Part shown: one piece after another, positions 58,645 through 64,000 of the stretch
Layout of the letters: every line of letters starts with the position of its first letter
Numbering within the stretch: position 1 is the stretch's first letter
From: the human T2T-CHM13v2.0 reference genome, Homo sapiens
Assembly (NCBI RefSeq): GCF_009914755.1
Contig: NC_060936.1
DNA: 64,000 nt
Direction: 5' to 3' (one strand)
The notes under the pieces: generated by a model
What the model was told of the DNA's origin: nothing
Databases searched by the model: none
The model's input: the letters and a program-made list of their open reading frames with translations, nothing else
Made by a program: the position numbers and the translations under genes

Positions 58645-58822
58645 AAAAATGAGAAGAAAAACTGCAAACTTGGAGAAAATGTTTGTGAAAGACATATTTG
58701 ATAAAGGCCATCATCTAAAATATACAAAGAAGTCTTAAGACTGAACAATAAGAAAATGAACAAACCAATTAAAAAATGGGCAAAAAACCCTAGATAGACA
58801 ACTCACCAAAGAAGACATAAGG
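58645..58822 (+). mobile_element. Ancient L1M ORF2 fragment; continues at 60840-60914 after a younger L1 insertion
   Basis: ggagaaaatgtttg...ccaattaaaaaatgggcaaa...caccaaagaagac / agatatacagatggcaaataagcat. Confidence 0.75.
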
Positions 58823-60839
58823 ATGGTTTTAGGTCTTACGGTTAAGTCTTTAATCCATCTTGAGTTAATTTTTGTATAAGTTGTAAGGAAGGGGTCCAGT
58901 TTCAGTTTTCTGCATATGGCTAGCCAGTTTTCCCAGCACCATTTATTAAATAGGGAATCCTTTCCCCATTTCTTGTTTTTGTCAGATTTGTCAAAGAAGA
59001 GATGGTTGTAGATGTGTGACGTTATTTCTGAGGCCTCTGTTCTGTTCCATTGGTCTATATCTCTGTTTTGGTACCTGGACCGGGCTGTTTTGGTTACTGT
59101 AGGCTCGTAGGAAAGTTTGAAGCCAGGTAGCATGATGCCTCCAGCTTTGTTCTTTGCACTTAGGATTGTCTTGGGTATACAGGTTCTTTTTTGGTTCCAT
59201 ATGAAATTTAAAGTAGTTTTTTCTAATTCTCTGAAGAAAGTCAATGGTAGTTTGATGGGGATAGCATTGAATCCATAATTACTTTGGGCAGTATGGCCAT
59301 TTTCATGATATTGATTCTTTCTGTCCATGAGCATGGAATGTTTTTCCATTTGTTTGTGTCCTCTTATTTCCTTGAGCAGTGGTTTGTAGTTCTCCTTGAA
59401 GAGGTCCTTTACATCCCTTGTATTTCTAGGTATTTTATTCTCTTTGTAACAATTGTGAATGGGAGTTCACTCATGATTTGGCTCTCTGTCTATTATCAGC
59501 CTATAGGAATGCTTGTGATTTGTGCACATTGATTTTGTATCCTGAGAATTTGCTGAAGTTGCTTATCAGCTTAAGGAGATTTGGGGCTGAGATGATGGGG
59601 TTTTCTAAATATACAATCATGTCACCTGCAAACAAACAATTTGACTTCCCCTTTTCCTAATTGAACACCCTTTATTTCTTTCTCTTGCTTGACTGCCCTG
59701 GCCAGAACTTCCAATACTATGTTGAATAGGAGTGGTCTGAAGAAAACCTAGGCAATGCCATTCAGGACATAGGCATGAGCAAAGACTTCATGACTAAAAC
59801 ACCAAAAGCAATGTCAACAAAAGCTGAAATTGACAAATGGGATCTAATTAAACTGAAGAGCTTATGCACAGCAAAAGCAACTATCATTAGAGTGAACAGG
59901 CAACCTAAAGAATGGGAGAAAAATTTTGTAATCTATCCATCTGACAAAGGGCTAATATCTAGAATCTACAAAGAACCTAAACAAATTTACAAGAAAAAAA
60001 AACTATCAGAAAGTGGGCAAAGGGTATCAACAGACACTTCTCAAAAGAAGACATTTATGCGGCCAAGAAATATATGAAAAAATGCTCATCATCACTGGTC
60101 ATTAGAAAAATGCAAATTAAAATCACAGTGAGATACCATCTCACACCAGGTAGAATGGCGATCACTAAGAAGTCAGGAAAGAACAGATGCTGGCAAGGAC
60201 GTGGAGAAATAGAAACACTTTTATACTGTTGGTGGGTGTGTAAATTAATTCAACCATTGTGGAAGACAGTGTGGCAATTCCTCAAGGATCTAGAACCAGA
60301 AATACCATTTGACCCAGTAATCCCATTACTGAGTATATAACCAAAGGATTACAAATAATTCTGCTATAAAGACACATGCACACATATGTTTATTGCCGCA
60401 CTATTCACAACAGCAAAGACTTGGAACCAACCCAAATACCCATCAGTGATAGACTAGATAACGAAAATGTGACATATACACCATGGAATACTATGCAGCC
60501 ATAAAAAAGGATGAGTTCATGTCCTTTGCAGGGACATGGATGAAGCTGGAAACCATCGTTCTCAGCAAACTAACACAGAAACAAAACCAAACACCACATG
60601 TTCTCACTCATAAGTGGGAATTGAACAATGAGAACACATGGACACGGACACAGGATTGGAACATCACACACCGGGGCCTGTCAGGGGCTGGGCCACTAGG
60701 GGAAGGATAGCATTAGGAGAAGTACCTAATGTAGATGATGGGTTGATGGGTGCAGCAAACCCCCATGGCAAGGTATACCTATATAACAAACCTGCACATT
60801 CTGCGCATGTATCCTAGAACTTAAAGTATAATTTTTAAA
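58823..60839 (+). mobile_element. Twin-primed L1PA7/8-like: inverted ORF2 segment 58823-59736 plus sense 3' segment 59737-60839
   Basis: Minus-strand ORF2 peptide ([21 protein letters not shown]) and plus-strand continuation ([10 protein letters not shown]...). Degenerate TSD aagacataaggatgg/aagatatacagatgg. Confidence 0.93.
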
Positions 60840-61721
60840 AAGATATACAGATGGCAAATAAGCATATAAAAAGATGCTCCCCATCATATGTCATCAGGGA
60901 AAAGCAAATTAAAATTTATTATCTTTATTATTTATGTATTGATTTGGTAAGATATTGCTTTAAAAAAAGCTATTAGACTATAAGTGCCCCCAATATTTAT
61001 ATATGTTGCCTCAATGTTCAAAGCTTATCTTTATTTTTAGCAAATTGATATGTATCTTAACTTTAATTCTATGCTAATTAGAAAATCTAAGAAAATAACT
61101 AAAAGAAAGGACAATTTACCCAGTCCATCAGTGGTAGTCATGGCAGGAAATAGAATGCACAAATTAATTATTGCAAAGAGTTTAATGGAGAAAGTGTTCA
61201 TAAACATGTGTTCAGGTTTATAGGAATCCATTAAAGGATCGTGAAATATCCTGAGACAAGTGACATCATTCGTTAATACTGCTAGGCCTGAGAAGCCCAG
61301 GAGAGCTGACAAGAACACAGCTAGCAAGATAACTAACTCTAGGAGCTGGACCTCTTAACAAGACTTGTTTGGTCTTTGGTAGAGGAACATAGCCTCTTCC
61401 AACCCCAGTACAAGCAAGAGAGGAGCAGAGCCAGGGAAATATACACGGAGGACCTCTTCTTTCTCCAGGATTATGATCTGCTCGTGACTGTTGATTTGCA
61501 GAACCCAACTAGAAGTCAAAGGGCAAGGGAGCCTTGGTGTAGTTGTGGTACATATAGGCTAAGTCTCTGAGGTATGGATCAAAGAGGTGAGGGGTGTGGT
61601 ATGTGTAGACAAACATGTTGTTGGGGGCAGATACACACACACAGCTACTCTGATGAAAACTCTACAAAAGATCTGGAAGATAACTGAATTTAAAACATCA
61701 AGAAATTCATTAAGAAATTAA

Positions 61722-62060
<339 letters not shown>

Positions 62061-62251
62061 TCAAGGTTACACAAAAATTGACCTCTAAATACATTTAACT
62101 ATTTGTCTAGCATAATTCTCAGCATTTGTTGACATCTCAAAGAGATAGAAAAATTAGGAGGAATCATGGTCTATTTAAAAATTTTGTAAGCCAGAGGGGT
62201 ATACGAAAGTCAAAGCAGGAGATCTAGGGCCTTATTTTTACTAGAGAATAT

Positions 62252-62386
62252 GAGAGAGAGAGAAAATAAGAGAGAGAGAATAAGAGAGAGACAATAAGAG
62301 AGAGACAAGAAGAGAGAGAGAATAAGAGAGAGAGAGATAATAGAGAGAAAGAGAGAGAGAATAAGAGAGAGAGAGAGAGAATAAGA
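62252..62386. repeat. Purine-rich compound repeat [(ga)n ataa]n
   Basis: Seen directly. Confidence 0.9.
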
Positions 62387-62802
62387 ATGGATATGAATAT
62401 ATAGGGAGTTTAGCTTTTGTCAAAATGATGCATTAACTTTGGAGAACATGCTGCACAGTAGTAACCATTACTCATTTTGAGCATTTTGCTCCAAAGTCAG
62501 AACATGTGTGAATTTAGATTTTCTTGAAGCTCACATGAAAACTTCAGTTTGGGAGGCGCGATGGCGTGGACAGCTCTGGCTGGTTCACTTTATGCTGACT
62601 CTCAGATAAAATAGAATCTTGATTTTGGTAGCCAGAGGTTTTACTCTTTTGACCCAAGGCTCTATCCATCCACGCATCCACCCACCCACTCACCCTTTCA
62701 CCAAGGGTGGTAATAGGAGCTCAATATTCACTTTTAAAACAAATTTCTCATTTTTGTGTGCCTGTAAACAAAAGGCATATATAATGAAAGTCACTATGAT
62801 TC

Positions 62803-64000
<1,198 letters not shown>

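Overview
Primate (human/great-ape-like) non-coding, AT-rich genomic DNA dominated by retrotransposon fossils. I can support no host protein-coding exon: the ORFs are L1, Alu or ERV remnants, or short chance ORFs. Contents in order: (1) an old minus-strand L1 (L1PA13-16/L1PB-like) capped at its 5' end by a complete U6 snRNA copy, i.e. a U6/L1 chimera, and split by a full-length L1PA7-like insertion with a 16-bp TSD; (2) an 8.3-kb plus-strand L1PA5/6-like composite with two 5'UTR+ORF1 modules inside one TSD; (3) MaLR/ERVL/ERV1 solo LTRs, MIR, L2, MER5 and MER46C; (4) three MER75 (piggyBac) pieces within 6 kb; (5) an LTR12 with a CCAAT array nested in an ERVL relic; (6) two twin-primed (5'-inverted) L1s, four Alus, and a young L1 running off the right edge. 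I found no convincing new gene system. The best leads are retrotransposition and DNA-repair oddities: the U6/L1 chimera, the double-headed L1 and the MER75 cluster. Subfamily names come from remembered consensus sequences and need RepeatMasker/Dfam confirmation.
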